Below are positions 30,114-39,092 of a stretch of 64,000 nt of DNA, piece after piece. The notes under the pieces were generated by a model, which worked only from the letters and a program-made list of their open reading frames with translations, made no database searches and was not told the origin of the DNA. Origin of the DNA: a virus (Duplodnaviria > Caudoviricetes); the IMG/VR virus record IMGVR_UViG_3300023119_000004. One strand, given 5' to 3'. A program made the position numbers and the translations under genes. The first letter of the stretch is position 1. Each line of letters starts with the position of its first letter.

Positions 30114-30323
30114 TTAAAAATATTTGTTCAATACTTCTAACTGATCATGATATTCTGCAATAACTTTCAGTTCTTTTTCAATGGCTTCCAAAACGTCCGG
30201 ATGCTCACCTACGCCTGCTGAATTTTTCAAATACACTTCTACATTCATTGCGTGTTTGGCAATGTGTCCTTTTGCGTGTTCTTTGATTGCTTCAATCATG
30301 TTTTCTCTGTTATATTCTGGCAT
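30114..30323 (-). CDS. Small hypothetical protein
   Basis: SD and packed ORF; GVGEHPD motif. Confidence 0.6.
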   Translation of the reverse strand: MPEYNRENMIEAIKEHAKGHIAKHAMNVEVYLKNSAGVGEHPDVLEAIEKELKVIAEYHDQLEVLNKYF

Positions 30324-30335
30324 TGTTTTTCCTTT

Positions 30336-31196
30336 CTACTTAAATTGGTCTTTCATATAGTCTGTGCCAATAATTTGATGAATATCAACATCATAATGTT
30401 CATCATCAATTGTTTTGGTTCCTACATTAATATCTTTGTGTTGTAGAAACCAATCTTCTACGTTATCTTTTGCAACTTCAACCAAATCAAAATTAAAATA
30501 ATCATTTAAGTTGTCTGGAATCCAAGTCCATTTGTTTAACGCAAAAATTTTCAGTTTCGCATTGTTATTGCGACAAAGTTCTTGTAAGATATATAGTTCT
30601 TTTAAAAACTCACGTTGTGCTTTTAGGTTCATTAACTCCATCCAAGTCTTTACAGTCATGTATGGTTGTGTTCTTAGATCGGGATCGCCCATCATAAACC
30701 TTGGATGAAATTTAACTGTAAATTGACAATTTTTTTGGAAGTCTTGAGCATAACTTTGCATAGGTATATCAAATACATCTTGTGCTTCGTTGTGTATTCG
30801 TTTAATCCAGCAATCAATATTTCCTTTTGTAGTTTCTAATTCATATAGTTCATCTAAAGGAATCATCTTTTCGTAGTGTTGTGGGTACTGCATACATAGT
30901 CTAAAACGATTCCAATATGTTTGTTGTACAACTACTTCTTCAATATCGTCATACGTTTTAAAAAGATGTGAAAGCCATTCGCTATATTCCCACCAGCCGT
31001 TTGATGGATTTGCAAAGATGGCACCATCTTTACCTTTGCTGTTAATATAAAACTCTGCCCAGTTGTTGTCGTTCCATTTACCAGAAAACTTCCAGTTTTC
31101 TAAATTCCAGTCTTGTTCATTAGGAGGCAAGTCGCCAATATGGTAACCTGATGTATGACTACACCCTAGTGCAACAATTCTACTCATTAAACACAA
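30336..31196 (-). CDS. SGNH-hydrolase-like protein
   Basis: VALGCSHTSG block I; DDEHY near the C-terminus. Confidence 0.45.
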   Translation of the reverse strand: MCLMSRIVALGCSHTSGYHIGDLPPNEQDWNLENWKFSGKWNDNNWAEFYINSKGKDGAIFANPSNGWWEYSEWLSHLFKTYDDIEEVVVQQTYWNRFRLCMQYPQHYEKMIPLDELYELETTKGNIDCWIKRIHNEAQDVFDIPMQSYAQDFQKNCQFTVKFHPRFMMGDPDLRTQPYMTVKTWMELMNLKAQREFLKELYILQELCRNNNAKLKIFALNKWTWIPDNLNDYFNFDLVEVAKDNVEDWFLQHKDINVGTKTIDDEHYDVDIHQIIGTDYMKDQFK

Positions 31197-31606
31197 TCTC
31201 CCATATCTTGAAATAAACTTGGTTGTTTAGGATCTCTTGTTTGGTATTTTTGTTTTGTGGGAAGAACGCCTCGAACACCACCTTTAGGATCGTCCATATC
31301 ACCGTCACGTCTAAAAATTAAATGAACGTGTGGATACATACAAGTTTGGCCTGCACTAGCACCAATGTTAATACCAATGTTATATCCTGTGATGTCGTTG
31401 TCTGCTTCTACATTTTGTTTACCCATTGCTAGTGCAAATTTAAAACAACGTAGTATTTCTTCGTCTAAGTTTTCCTTAGGTACAACTAAAGTGTGTCCTG
31501 GTGTTACAGGAAATTTGTCGTTATATACTACAAAATCTCTTGTATCATAAACAACATCTGACCACGGTGCTCTACCGTCTGCTTGTGCTTTTTCTAAAGT
31601 ATCCAT
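31187..31606 (-). CDS. HIT family nucleotide hydrolase
   Basis: DKFPVTPGHTLVVPK, GYNIGIN, AGQT..YPHVHLI. Confidence 0.9.
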   Translation of the reverse strand: MDTLEKAQADGRAPWSDVVYDTRDFVVYNDKFPVTPGHTLVVPKENLDEEILRCFKFALAMGKQNVEADNDITGYNIGINIGASAGQTCMYPHVHLIFRRDGDMDDPKGGVRGVLPTKQKYQTRDPKQPSLFQDMGDCV

Positions 31607-31607
31607 A

Positions 31608-32330
31608 TTATTTCACCACCTTAATTAATCGTTTTGGTCTAAGTTTAAGTGCTCGACGCATTAAGTTTATTATACCACCTTTTTTAAACTGTGTCAAGTA
31701 GTCTTTTCGTTCAAGTTCTTTTATAACTTCTGGGGTAAGTTCACACTCAACCAATTTAATATTTTCAGTTAATTTTGGTGTAGTAAACTTAACATAACAT
31801 AGTGGGTCTCCTCTTTTTATTTCTAAAGTTTCACCAACTTTATTAAAAACATATCCCCAACTAATACTTCTAATCCAACTATGTATATTGTAACTACCGC
31901 CTACAACACCATCTTTATAATCATTTCGATGTAAGAAAGGCGGAGTAATTTCCATCAAGCAAGGTTCGTCTGCAATAAACAAGTATCTTAAATTAAATTG
32001 AAACATAGGTTTATTTAGATCATACATATCATTACTATTATGAAATGTAACTAAACTTTGCAAGTGTTGTGTATCTACTTCGTCGCTGTTAATTTCAATA
32101 CCGTCTTTGGTACTTGTAGCAGTAAAGTTAACAGGACTTTTTAGAACATAATAAGAGTTATACCAAGAAGCAAACGATGGGCAATCAATTACACCTCGTT
32201 TATTGTAGTCTTTATTCTTTACTGTTAACTTAGGTAGTTTTTCAGGTTCTAGAATTAATAACTCTGGAATAGGACCTGTCCAACACCAACCGACTGTAGT
32301 CATTAAAACTCCTGCTTGTAAAAATAGCAA
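31608..32330 (-). CDS. Hypothetical protein
   Basis: Packed ORF. Confidence 0.55.
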   Translation of the reverse strand: MLFLQAGVLMTTVGWCWTGPIPELLILEPEKLPKLTVKNKDYNKRGVIDCPSFASWYNSYYVLKSPVNFTATSTKDGIEINSDEVDTQHLQSLVTFHNSNDMYDLNKPMFQFNLRYLFIADEPCLMEITPPFLHRNDYKDGVVGGSYNIHSWIRSISWGYVFNKVGETLEIKRGDPLCYVKFTTPKLTENIKLVECELTPEVIKELERKDYLTQFKKGGIINLMRRALKLRPKRLIKVVK

Positions 32331-33076
32331 TAGTAACCTTTGCCGTTAGTATCGCCACCGTCGTTGCTTAATTCTTCACCATCATACTTTATAGCATATA
32401 CAAGATCTTCACCATTAGGTGCTTCGCCAATACAGAACTTTAATTTTTTTGGATCAAACAATCCAGGTGTAGTAAACCCTGCATCGAAGAATGTGCCTTT
32501 TTCTGCACTATAAAATTGACAAATATAATCACCCTTTTCAGGATATCTATCTCCATAATCGTGATTGTCATCGTAGCATTCTACATATTCATCATCAGTA
32601 GAAAACTTTTCTGATGTTTCTTCCATCCACTCACTTAGGTCTTGTCCTTCAACAATATCTTCAATAAACTTTGAACGATACTCATCACTCTCTACTTTTT
32701 CGATAGTAAGATATGCACCATCAAGTGTTGGCCCCCATGTATGATCAAATTCATCAAGCGGTTCATACCAACTAGCACCTACTTCGCCTGTATCATCGTG
32801 CATGAACATTGCTTCTTTAGGAATGTCTTTTGCTTTAACTTCTTCGTAGTGATCATCTTCATTTACTTCTTTTACTGATTTATCTTCAGCACTTGTAATG
32901 TAATGAATGGCATCGCTGTCACCATGATCTTTTGTATGTGGATACCAAAAATCAAATGCTTCTTTTGAAATACGCATATATGAACATTCGGCACCATAAC
33001 CACTTAATGAAAGTCTATAGTGATGTGGACCTTTTATTTCTTCAACTAGTTCTTGTTTTTCTTCTGAAGTAGCCAT
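32303..33076 (-). CDS. Acidic hypothetical protein
   Basis: Packed ORF, D/E-rich. Confidence 0.6.
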   Translation of the reverse strand: MATSEEKQELVEEIKGPHHYRLSLSGYGAECSYMRISKEAFDFWYPHTKDHGDSDAIHYITSAEDKSVKEVNEDDHYEEVKAKDIPKEAMFMHDDTGEVGASWYEPLDEFDHTWGPTLDGAYLTIEKVESDEYRSKFIEDIVEGQDLSEWMEETSEKFSTDDEYVECYDDNHDYGDRYPEKGDYICQFYSAEKGTFFDAGFTTPGLFDPKKLKFCIGEAPNGEDLVYAIKYDGEELSNDGGDTNGKGYYCYFYKQEF

Positions 33077-33318
33077 TATCTTTTTCCTTGATTATTAATA
33101 CAAACTGCTTGTGTTCCAGGTGGAAAATATTCAGTACCTGTGCCTAGTTCGTTTAGTAAAATATCACGACCTATAAAGCACTCTTCCATAGTGTCAAACT
33201 CGTAGTATGCTTCGATATAAGGCTCATCGTAACCTGCTTGGGCATTAAACATTATATTGATAAAAACTAAAAACCACATTAGTATTGACCAACATTTTCC
33301 CAAGGATAAACAAGCCAA
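33076..33318 (-). CDS. Small exported/membrane protein
   Basis: Hydrophobic N-terminus. Confidence 0.45.
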   Translation of the reverse strand: MACLSLGKCWSILMWFLVFINIMFNAQAGYDEPYIEAYYEFDTMEECFIGRDILLNELGTGTEYFPPGTQAVCINNQGKR

Positions 33319-33824
33319 ACATCTTCTTCAAACTTATTAACCGTGTCGCAATGATAGTTAACACACCCATCAAACTTTGATGAAAGGTTATCTGTTAATA
33401 CTGCGAAACGAACGTTATTACCCCATACCTTCTCCCATTTAGGATCGTTAGGTAAACAACCTGAACGCCAGTCGTCCTTGATCCAATTAAATGTAGCACC
33501 AGTATCGTTGATATCGTCTACAATAAGAATTTTCTTTTCTAGTGGTCCGCCTGTAACACGGTCTTCTTCTTTTTCACGATATCCAAAGGCATCTTCTGCC
33601 ATCCAAAAATTGCTTTCACTTTCTCTGTTATCATCACGCAGGCTTACCTTAAGTGCTTCGCAACGAATGCCGGTCATGTTTGAAATGATAGTAGCAGGCA
33701 CATTACCGCCTCGTGTAATACCTACAATGTAATCAGGCTTCCAATTATCATAATACATTTGTAAAACAATGTTATTACACATACGTTCTACATCTGCCCA
33801 ACTGTAATATTTCTTTTTAATCAT
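33279..33824 (-). CDS. Purine (xanthine/guanine-type) phosphoribosyltransferase
   Basis: VGITRGG, ILIVDDINDTGAT PRPP loop, WLVYPWE. Confidence 0.88.
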   Translation of the reverse strand: MIKKKYYSWADVERMCNNIVLQMYYDNWKPDYIVGITRGGNVPATIISNMTGIRCEALKVSLRDDNRESESNFWMAEDAFGYREKEEDRVTGGPLEKKILIVDDINDTGATFNWIKDDWRSGCLPNDPKWEKVWGNNVRFAVLTDNLSSKFDGCVNYHCDTVNKFEEDVWLVYPWENVGQY

Positions 33825-34990
33825 GATGATTTCCTCTTGAAGTTACCGCTAATAGAATATCTATCCTTTCCTGATAAATTTTTTCCTGTGTAGTGCGGTA
33901 TGCTACTAGGAAAAATAAACATCGTCCCTGTGCTTGGGTGTACAGTCTTTTCATATGATTCTGTATTTGCAAATAGTTTAAAATGCAGATCACCTTGATT
34001 GTCAAGTACACGTGGATAATATACAAAAGATATATCACTACCGTGATGATTATGAAAATTAGTACTACCGTTTGGCTCAGTTTTATGAACCCAAATACCT
34101 GTTAGTTCTAAATCATCTCCATAGTACTCTTGTACAGTTCTTTCTAGTTCTGCTTGTAAATGTGTGCAACCTGCAGAACTAGGATAAACTAAATCTTCGT
34201 AATGTGTGTCATTAGGGTCATTATCAATTCTGTTATCACAAACTTCAATTTCTTCAACGATTTTATCGTGAATAACATTTGTAATAGCAGTTTCTAGTAC
34301 ATCAATTCTAGCAACAGTATGTACGGTTTCTTTTTGAGGCATAGGAGGAACATACTCTTTTGTCCAAGGATAGGTTTCTGGATATCCCATTCTAATAGCA
34401 CCTTCTCCTTTACCATGCCTATCTGGTTCGTATTTTACAAATTTAAATGTAGGCGTAAATCTATGTTCATTCCTTAAAGGAGTAGCAGTATGTAGGATAT
34501 TGCTTTTCCAAATAAGCATACGTCCTGGAATAGGAGGTATTGCCCAAATAGTTGGATAGTCGCCTGTTCCTTCTAAGTTACCTTTTTCTTGTTTGTTAAT
34601 AATAAACTTAGTTTCGCCACCGTCATTGATATCCCAGTTATTATTTGCATAAAACATAAATGTCCAAGCATCATCGTTTTCGTCATCTACATGATAATAT
34701 GCTTGTTCTCTTGGAGCAAAAATGTTTGCGTGTGATCTTTTTAAAATACAACCATGAACCTCTGGTACATACTTTTCACAAAACTCCCATAAAGCATGGA
34801 ATATTTTTGTGCCTAAGTAATCACCAGTACTCATTCCAGTTGGCGGTAAGTCAACATTATCAACTTCACCATACATATATAACATATTCTTAACGTCTAA
34901 AACAAGTTCGTTAAGGTGTGGCGGCGACCACACGTCATCAAAAATTTTCATTCTACCATCTAGTAGAGTTTGTACTTTAGGCTCCTGCAT
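33821..34990 (-). CDS. Tandem two-domain 2OG-Fe(II) oxygenase
   Basis: Domain 1 YHVD...HTAT..RF; domain 2 FHNH...HYTG...RYSISGN. Confidence 0.75.
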   Translation of the reverse strand: MQEPKVQTLLDGRMKIFDDVWSPPHLNELVLDVKNMLYMYGEVDNVDLPPTGMSTGDYLGTKIFHALWEFCEKYVPEVHGCILKRSHANIFAPREQAYYHVDDENDDAWTFMFYANNNWDINDGGETKFIINKQEKGNLEGTGDYPTIWAIPPIPGRMLIWKSNILHTATPLRNEHRFTPTFKFVKYEPDRHGKGEGAIRMGYPETYPWTKEYVPPMPQKETVHTVARIDVLETAITNVIHDKIVEEIEVCDNRIDNDPNDTHYEDLVYPSSAGCTHLQAELERTVQEYYGDDLELTGIWVHKTEPNGSTNFHNHHGSDISFVYYPRVLDNQGDLHFKLFANTESYEKTVHPSTGTMFIFPSSIPHYTGKNLSGKDRYSISGNFKRKSS

Positions 34991-35492
34991 CTTTTTCTTT
35001 CAAATACTCCTCATTATGGATCCAACGATATCCTTCGTTTCTAACCCAACGCATAAATCCCCATTCTTGAACTTTACGTCCCATAAAGAATAAACTCCAA
35101 CAAGGGATTTCATTTCCGTTTTCATCCTTTTGTAATTCTAACCAATGCAAGTCGTCTGCTTTACGCATACGAAAATGCCCAGGTCCTCTCCAAACTCTTG
35201 TACTACCACATACGTGACCTTCTTGTGCAAAGATTGGAATATGTTCCCAATAACCACCTTTAAGAATAAAAGTTGCATAACTCCATGGGTGGTCATGTAG
35301 TGTGGGCTCATCACTTACAAGAACTTTGTGTAGTGTGATATTAAAAGGAAAGTGTTTTCTATTTTTAAGAAATAGGTAATAACGGATAAGGTAAGGCACC
35401 TTTCCGTCTCTGTCTGTAATTACTCGACGCCTGCCGAGTTTGTCCATAATTTTAGAAAGGAACATCATCATCTTTCCTACTGTTATAATCAT
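34977..35492 (-). CDS. Cupin-like hypothetical protein
   Basis: LHDHPW...E...H pattern. Confidence 0.5.
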   Translation of the reverse strand: MIITVGKMMMFLSKIMDKLGRRRVITDRDGKVPYLIRYYLFLKNRKHFPFNITLHKVLVSDEPTLHDHPWSYATFILKGGYWEHIPIFAQEGHVCGSTRVWRGPGHFRMRKADDLHWLELQKDENGNEIPCWSLFFMGRKVQEWGFMRWVRNEGYRWIHNEEYLKEKDAGA

Positions 35493-35835
35493 CCTTACAC
35501 AAGTTATATATTTCTAAAAACTTTTCATACTGTAGTTTTAGGGCAGGGTATAACTTAATCATATCTTCGATCTTATATTCTGCCGGCCAATTATCGCCAT
35601 ACTCTCCAAGTGTTATACTAGATGGAAAATCACCAGTATCAAAAGTTGTATCAAAACTTGTGTCAACATTAACAGTATAAGTGCCATCGCTTTGTACGTA
35701 ACTTGTATCTATTGGATATGTAGTTGAATCCATTGTTGAATACGATGTAATTCCGCCTACAGTTGCACCTGGGCCTGTATAATCGATATTAGTATTATCT
35801 AGTGTAATAGTAAATTTCTTTTCATCATCGTCCAT
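35452..35835 (-). CDS. Hypothetical protein
   Basis: Packed ORF, T/D-rich. Confidence 0.5.
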   Translation of the reverse strand: MDDDEKKFTITLDNTNIDYTGPGATVGGITSYSTMDSTTYPIDTSYVQSDGTYTVNVDTSFDTTFDTGDFPSSITLGEYGDNWPAEYKIEDMIKLYPALKLQYEKFLEIYNLCKDDYNSRKDDDVPF

Positions 35836-36892
35836 TATTAATCACCTTGTAAAGTGCTTGACCTGAAAAGAAGTCTTCTTTTAATTTTGTAACTTGTTTA
35901 AGTAACACTGGAAGATAATTGTCATAGTTTTCCATGTAATCAGTAATTCTGTCAACTAAGACTCTTCTATATTTCTTGTAAGCAAAGAAGTCTTCTGTCC
36001 ATTCGCTTGGATACTTAAATTCATCTAATCCCATTTCGCTATAACTTAAACGATCCGGAACCATCGGAATAGCATTAACTAGTGCGCCTTCATACCAACT
36101 AATACCAAGTGTTTCTTGTAAGTTAGCACTAAACACTAGTTTTGCTTTACCTAGTAGGTTATGATACTCATTCTTTGTTAACGATTGTTCTTGACAAATA
36201 ATAAGTTCATAGTTAGGTAAATGTTCTTTTAAGTCTCTAAATATTTCTGGTTGTTTCTCTGGAGCAACTCTATGCGGAAACAGAATAATATTTTCTTTAG
36301 GCATACCTTTGTAAGAGTCTAAACTATTTTTTAGATACTCCATAGGCCATCCTACACGATGAAATTCTGTTTTATAATCGCCATATGCATATGGCTTCAA
36401 TTGGAATGCTTTTTTAAACATTTCAATATGGAATTCTGTAGCAAAGAAGTTATCATGATAACATTCTAGCATACTTTGTTCTGCAAGACGTACCCAAGGT
36501 TTATCACCAATTAGTCTGCCCAAGAAATCTTGTGGGTCATAACTACCAGCGTGCCAGAGGCCACCAACGCGAATATTAACACCAAGTAACTCTGCCATGT
36601 AACGTAGTTGTATAACTGTAGGATTCCAGGCATCGGTATAGAGAAAATAATCACCGTCCTTAATTTTACCATTGCAGAACATCTCTCCAATTTGTTCTAG
36701 TTGTTTACTCTTGTAAACATTAGTACCGCCAAAGTTAAGAAATGCCCCAGGCGTAGTAGCCTGAGGCGTCTCTCCTCCACTGATAACAGTGACTTCGCTA
36801 TTAGTAGCACGTTGTAACTGCTTAGGAAGATGTTCCTTCCACTGCTTAGTATAACGTGTATCTACTGCTTCGATGTCAACTATATAAATCAA
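35825..36892 (-). CDS. GT-B fold glycosyltransferase
   Basis: HRVAPEKQP and QETLGISWYE (ExxGxxxxE) motifs of GT4-like enzymes. Confidence 0.75.
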   Translation of the reverse strand: MIYIVDIEAVDTRYTKQWKEHLPKQLQRATNSEVTVISGGETPQATTPGAFLNFGGTNVYKSKQLEQIGEMFCNGKIKDGDYFLYTDAWNPTVIQLRYMAELLGVNIRVGGLWHAGSYDPQDFLGRLIGDKPWVRLAEQSMLECYHDNFFATEFHIEMFKKAFQLKPYAYGDYKTEFHRVGWPMEYLKNSLDSYKGMPKENIILFPHRVAPEKQPEIFRDLKEHLPNYELIICQEQSLTKNEYHNLLGKAKLVFSANLQETLGISWYEGALVNAIPMVPDRLSYSEMGLDEFKYPSEWTEDFFAYKKYRRVLVDRITDYMENYDNYLPVLLKQVTKLKEDFFSGQALYKVINNGR

Positions 36893-37095
36893 TGAAACTT
36901 CCTTTTATTAAATTTTCGCTTTGGCTTTCGCGAAATTTTTGAAGGATCTAAATAACTTTGGTAAGTGCGAGACTTTTTATTATAAAGATCTGCTTCGTTA
37001 AAAATAAACCCGTTGAAACGGCAAAAGTCACGATAACTATCTAAGTCATCGAAAATTTGAACCACGTCAGGGCGTTTATCCCAATACTTGCTCAT
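36889..37095 (-). CDS. Small basic hypothetical protein (start refined to MSKYW at 37095)
   Basis: SD AAGGAAG upstream of 37095. Confidence 0.55.
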   Translation of the reverse strand: MSKYWDKRPDVVQIFDDLDSYRDFCRFNGFIFNEADLYNKKSRTYQSYLDPSKISRKPKRKFNKRKFH

Positions 37096-37108
37096 TTTAA
37101 TGCTTCCT

Positions 37109-37564
37109 TTAGTTTCTAGCATATTCAATGTGGGCACCGTTCTCTCCATCTTCGGAGACATCGATGTGGACTTCACGTCCAGGGTGTTTAGCACGGATTT
37201 GTTCATACAAATCATCTGCCATCATTTCACAACTCTTATAATCTAGTTCAAGGGTTTTCTCCTCATAAAGTTTTTCTAACCATCTTTTGAATTGAATAAA
37301 TTCGATATCTCTGTCGTTGTGTGTAACTGAGATAGCGACTTTGAAATGGAATATGTGTCTGTGGGGATATCCCAAAAACGAAACATCATATTCATCACCT
37401 GTTGCAAGACTAGGATCATCTAGTGCCGCAGGATACTTGTGGATTCCTTCCTTTCGGAATGTTACCCAAATCATTCTCTTTGCGTTTTCCATAATTGCCT
37501 TTTCGTTATCTTCTCTCATCATTCTCAACATATAATTGTGATAAGATTCTCTTACTGTTTCCAT
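37109..37564 (-). CDS. dpdL: QueD-like T-fold protein, DpdL candidate
   Basis: LGYPHRHIF (LxxxHRHxF), SCE, VSEDGENGA; located in the folE/queE/dpdA locus. Confidence 0.65.
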   Translation of the reverse strand: METVRESYHNYMLRMMREDNEKAIMENAKRMIWVTFRKEGIHKYPAALDDPSLATGDEYDVSFLGYPHRHIFHFKVAISVTHNDRDIEFIQFKRWLEKLYEEKTLELDYKSCEMMADDLYEQIRAKHPGREVHIDVSEDGENGAHIEYARN

Positions 37565-37566
37565 TT

Positions 37567-37595
37567 ATTATAACTTCTTTCTTAGTCATTGTCAA
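37567..37595 (-). promoter_or_regulatory. sigma70-type promoter
   Basis: TTGACA-N17-TATAAT. Confidence 0.75.
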
Positions 37596-38121
37596 CCGGA
37601 TTATCGTTTTCATATTTGGACCAATCTGTAAATTTTGAACGGTCTTGTAAATCGTGTACCTGATGAATCCAAACACCGGCATTAGTTGCTTTAAAATCTT
37701 TGTCGTCAATTTTGATACACGCATTATAATTAAGTTGATCAATGTAAGGAATTTTTACACTAATCTGACTAATAAAGTTTGTTTTTTCGTTGTAACCGCT
37801 TTCTAACACCCACTCATGATATTTTACATCATAATCAAGTGTTACATGATATCCTTCTTTAAGCAAACCGTAAATTAGTGTATCCCAAGCCTTGTTAGTT
37901 TCTTCTTCACCATTTGGTAAAACTATTTCAAAACTTTGATTAGCACCCAAGTAAATATGGTCTACGTGCTTTGCTTTTGCTTGTTCTAATACTTCATCTA
38001 ACGGACGACATCCAACTACAAATAGTGTATCCATATCGTATGCTGGTGTTTTCTCTACTTCATATCCAGTAAAATAAACAACATCATCTTTTACAATGCC
38101 GTCTGAGTAATCACGTTTCAT
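37582..38121 (-). CDS. Uncharacterised protein of the deazaguanine locus
   Basis: Between dpdA and dpdL; HIYLGANQSF motif. Confidence 0.6.
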   Translation of the reverse strand: MKRDYSDGIVKDDVVYFTGYEVEKTPAYDMDTLFVVGCRPLDEVLEQAKAKHVDHIYLGANQSFEIVLPNGEEETNKAWDTLIYGLLKEGYHVTLDYDVKYHEWVLESGYNEKTNFISQISVKIPYIDQLNYNACIKIDDKDFKATNAGVWIHQVHDLQDRSKFTDWSKYENDNPVDND

Positions 38122-38279
38122 GATTGTAATCTCTCAATTTCCTGTTTAACTATTAATTTCTCTTGTTTCATTTTCTTAAGTGCCGCATCATCTATATAAT
38201 TACTATAACCTCTTTGGATCTCTTTGTCAAGTGTTTTATGCTTGATTATTAGTGCTTCCAATCTGTTTTCTTTAGTCAT
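38118..38279 (-). CDS. 53-aa DUF465/YdcH-like coiled-coil protein (not in ORF track)
   Basis: MTKENRLEALIIKHKTLDKEI...LKKMKQEKLIVKQEIERLQS; SD AAGGAG; ATGA overlap with the next gene. Confidence 0.7.
   Translation of the reverse strand: MTKENRLEALIIKHKTLDKEIQRGYSNYIDDAALKKMKQEKLIVKQEIERLQS
38202..38230 (-). promoter_or_regulatory. sigma70-type promoter
   Basis: TTGACA-N17-TATAGT. Confidence 0.55.
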
Positions 38280-38299
38280 ATGCTCTCCTTAATATAACA

Positions 38300-38890
38300 T
38301 TATAGTGTGTCGTTGTCAAGTCCAAATCCTTCAATATCGCCATTAAATGCAATACTAATCCTATCTTTCTTGCTCCAATTTTCTTTAACTTGATGATTAA
38401 TCCAACCTGGGAAAGAAACTAATTTACCAGTTTGTGGAATAACTGTAAATCTACAACCGTTATAAGAATTGGCCGCTTGAATTAGTTTAGGTGGTAGAGC
38501 ATAGTCTACGATATTAGATGGGGGGAATAAAACTAAATCTCCGCAGTTTTGTTCGGCTTGTGGATAGTATACACAGGCTACGAAGTGTTTAGGGTGTAGA
38601 TGTGTTTCTACAATGTTTGATGTTTGTTCTAAAGGCTTTTGTACATTTAGCCAAGCCTGTGTGGGTTTAATTTCATACCCATCAACCAAGTTCCACAGTT
38701 GTGTGAGCATTTTAAAATGTTCTCTTACCGCTTCTACTAGCGGTTGAAGAACAGGCTCGGCTAAATTTAAATGATTACTTTGACCTCTGTGCTTAACATT
38801 CTTGTATGCAAACTTAATAAGTTCGTCATTGTTAATGTCGCTAAGGTGCTCGTCTGAGAACGGAGTAGTAAACAAGTCAACTATTGCCAT
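38300..38890 (-). CDS. 2OG-Fe(II) oxygenase (TIGR02466-like)
   Basis: AWLNV, HLHP, ACVYY, FPGWINHQV, RISIAFN. Confidence 0.85.
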   Translation of the reverse strand: MAIVDLFTTPFSDEHLSDINNDELIKFAYKNVKHRGQSNHLNLAEPVLQPLVEAVREHFKMLTQLWNLVDGYEIKPTQAWLNVQKPLEQTSNIVETHLHPKHFVACVYYPQAEQNCGDLVLFPPSNIVDYALPPKLIQAANSYNGCRFTVIPQTGKLVSFPGWINHQVKENWSKKDRISIAFNGDIEGFGLDNDTL

Positions 38891-38903
38891 TCTCTGATCT
38901 CCT

Positions 38904-39092
38904 TTAAATTTTATTTTTAAATTTTAAAATAGCATCTTTTAGTGCTAGTTTGATTTTCTTATGCCTTTGCAAAAGTTCTTTTGAAGTCCATGAACGATCT
39001 CCGTCACGTTCCTGTTCCATCTCTGTAACTTTTTTATCGTAATATTGATGCTCTTCTTCTAAACGTTTTAGTTGCTTATTAGATTTGCTCAT
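38904..39092 (-). CDS. DUF465/YdcH-like small coiled-coil protein
   Basis: LKRLEEEH..YDKKV...LQRHKKIKLALKDAI. Confidence 0.6.
   Translation of the reverse strand: MSKSNKQLKRLEEEHQYYDKKVTEMEQERDGDRSWTSKELLQRHKKIKLALKDAILKFKNKI

Noticed and set aside
38291-38319. TTGACA-N17-TATATT promoter candidate
   Set aside because: Predicted start would cut into the SD of the downstream gene; weak support
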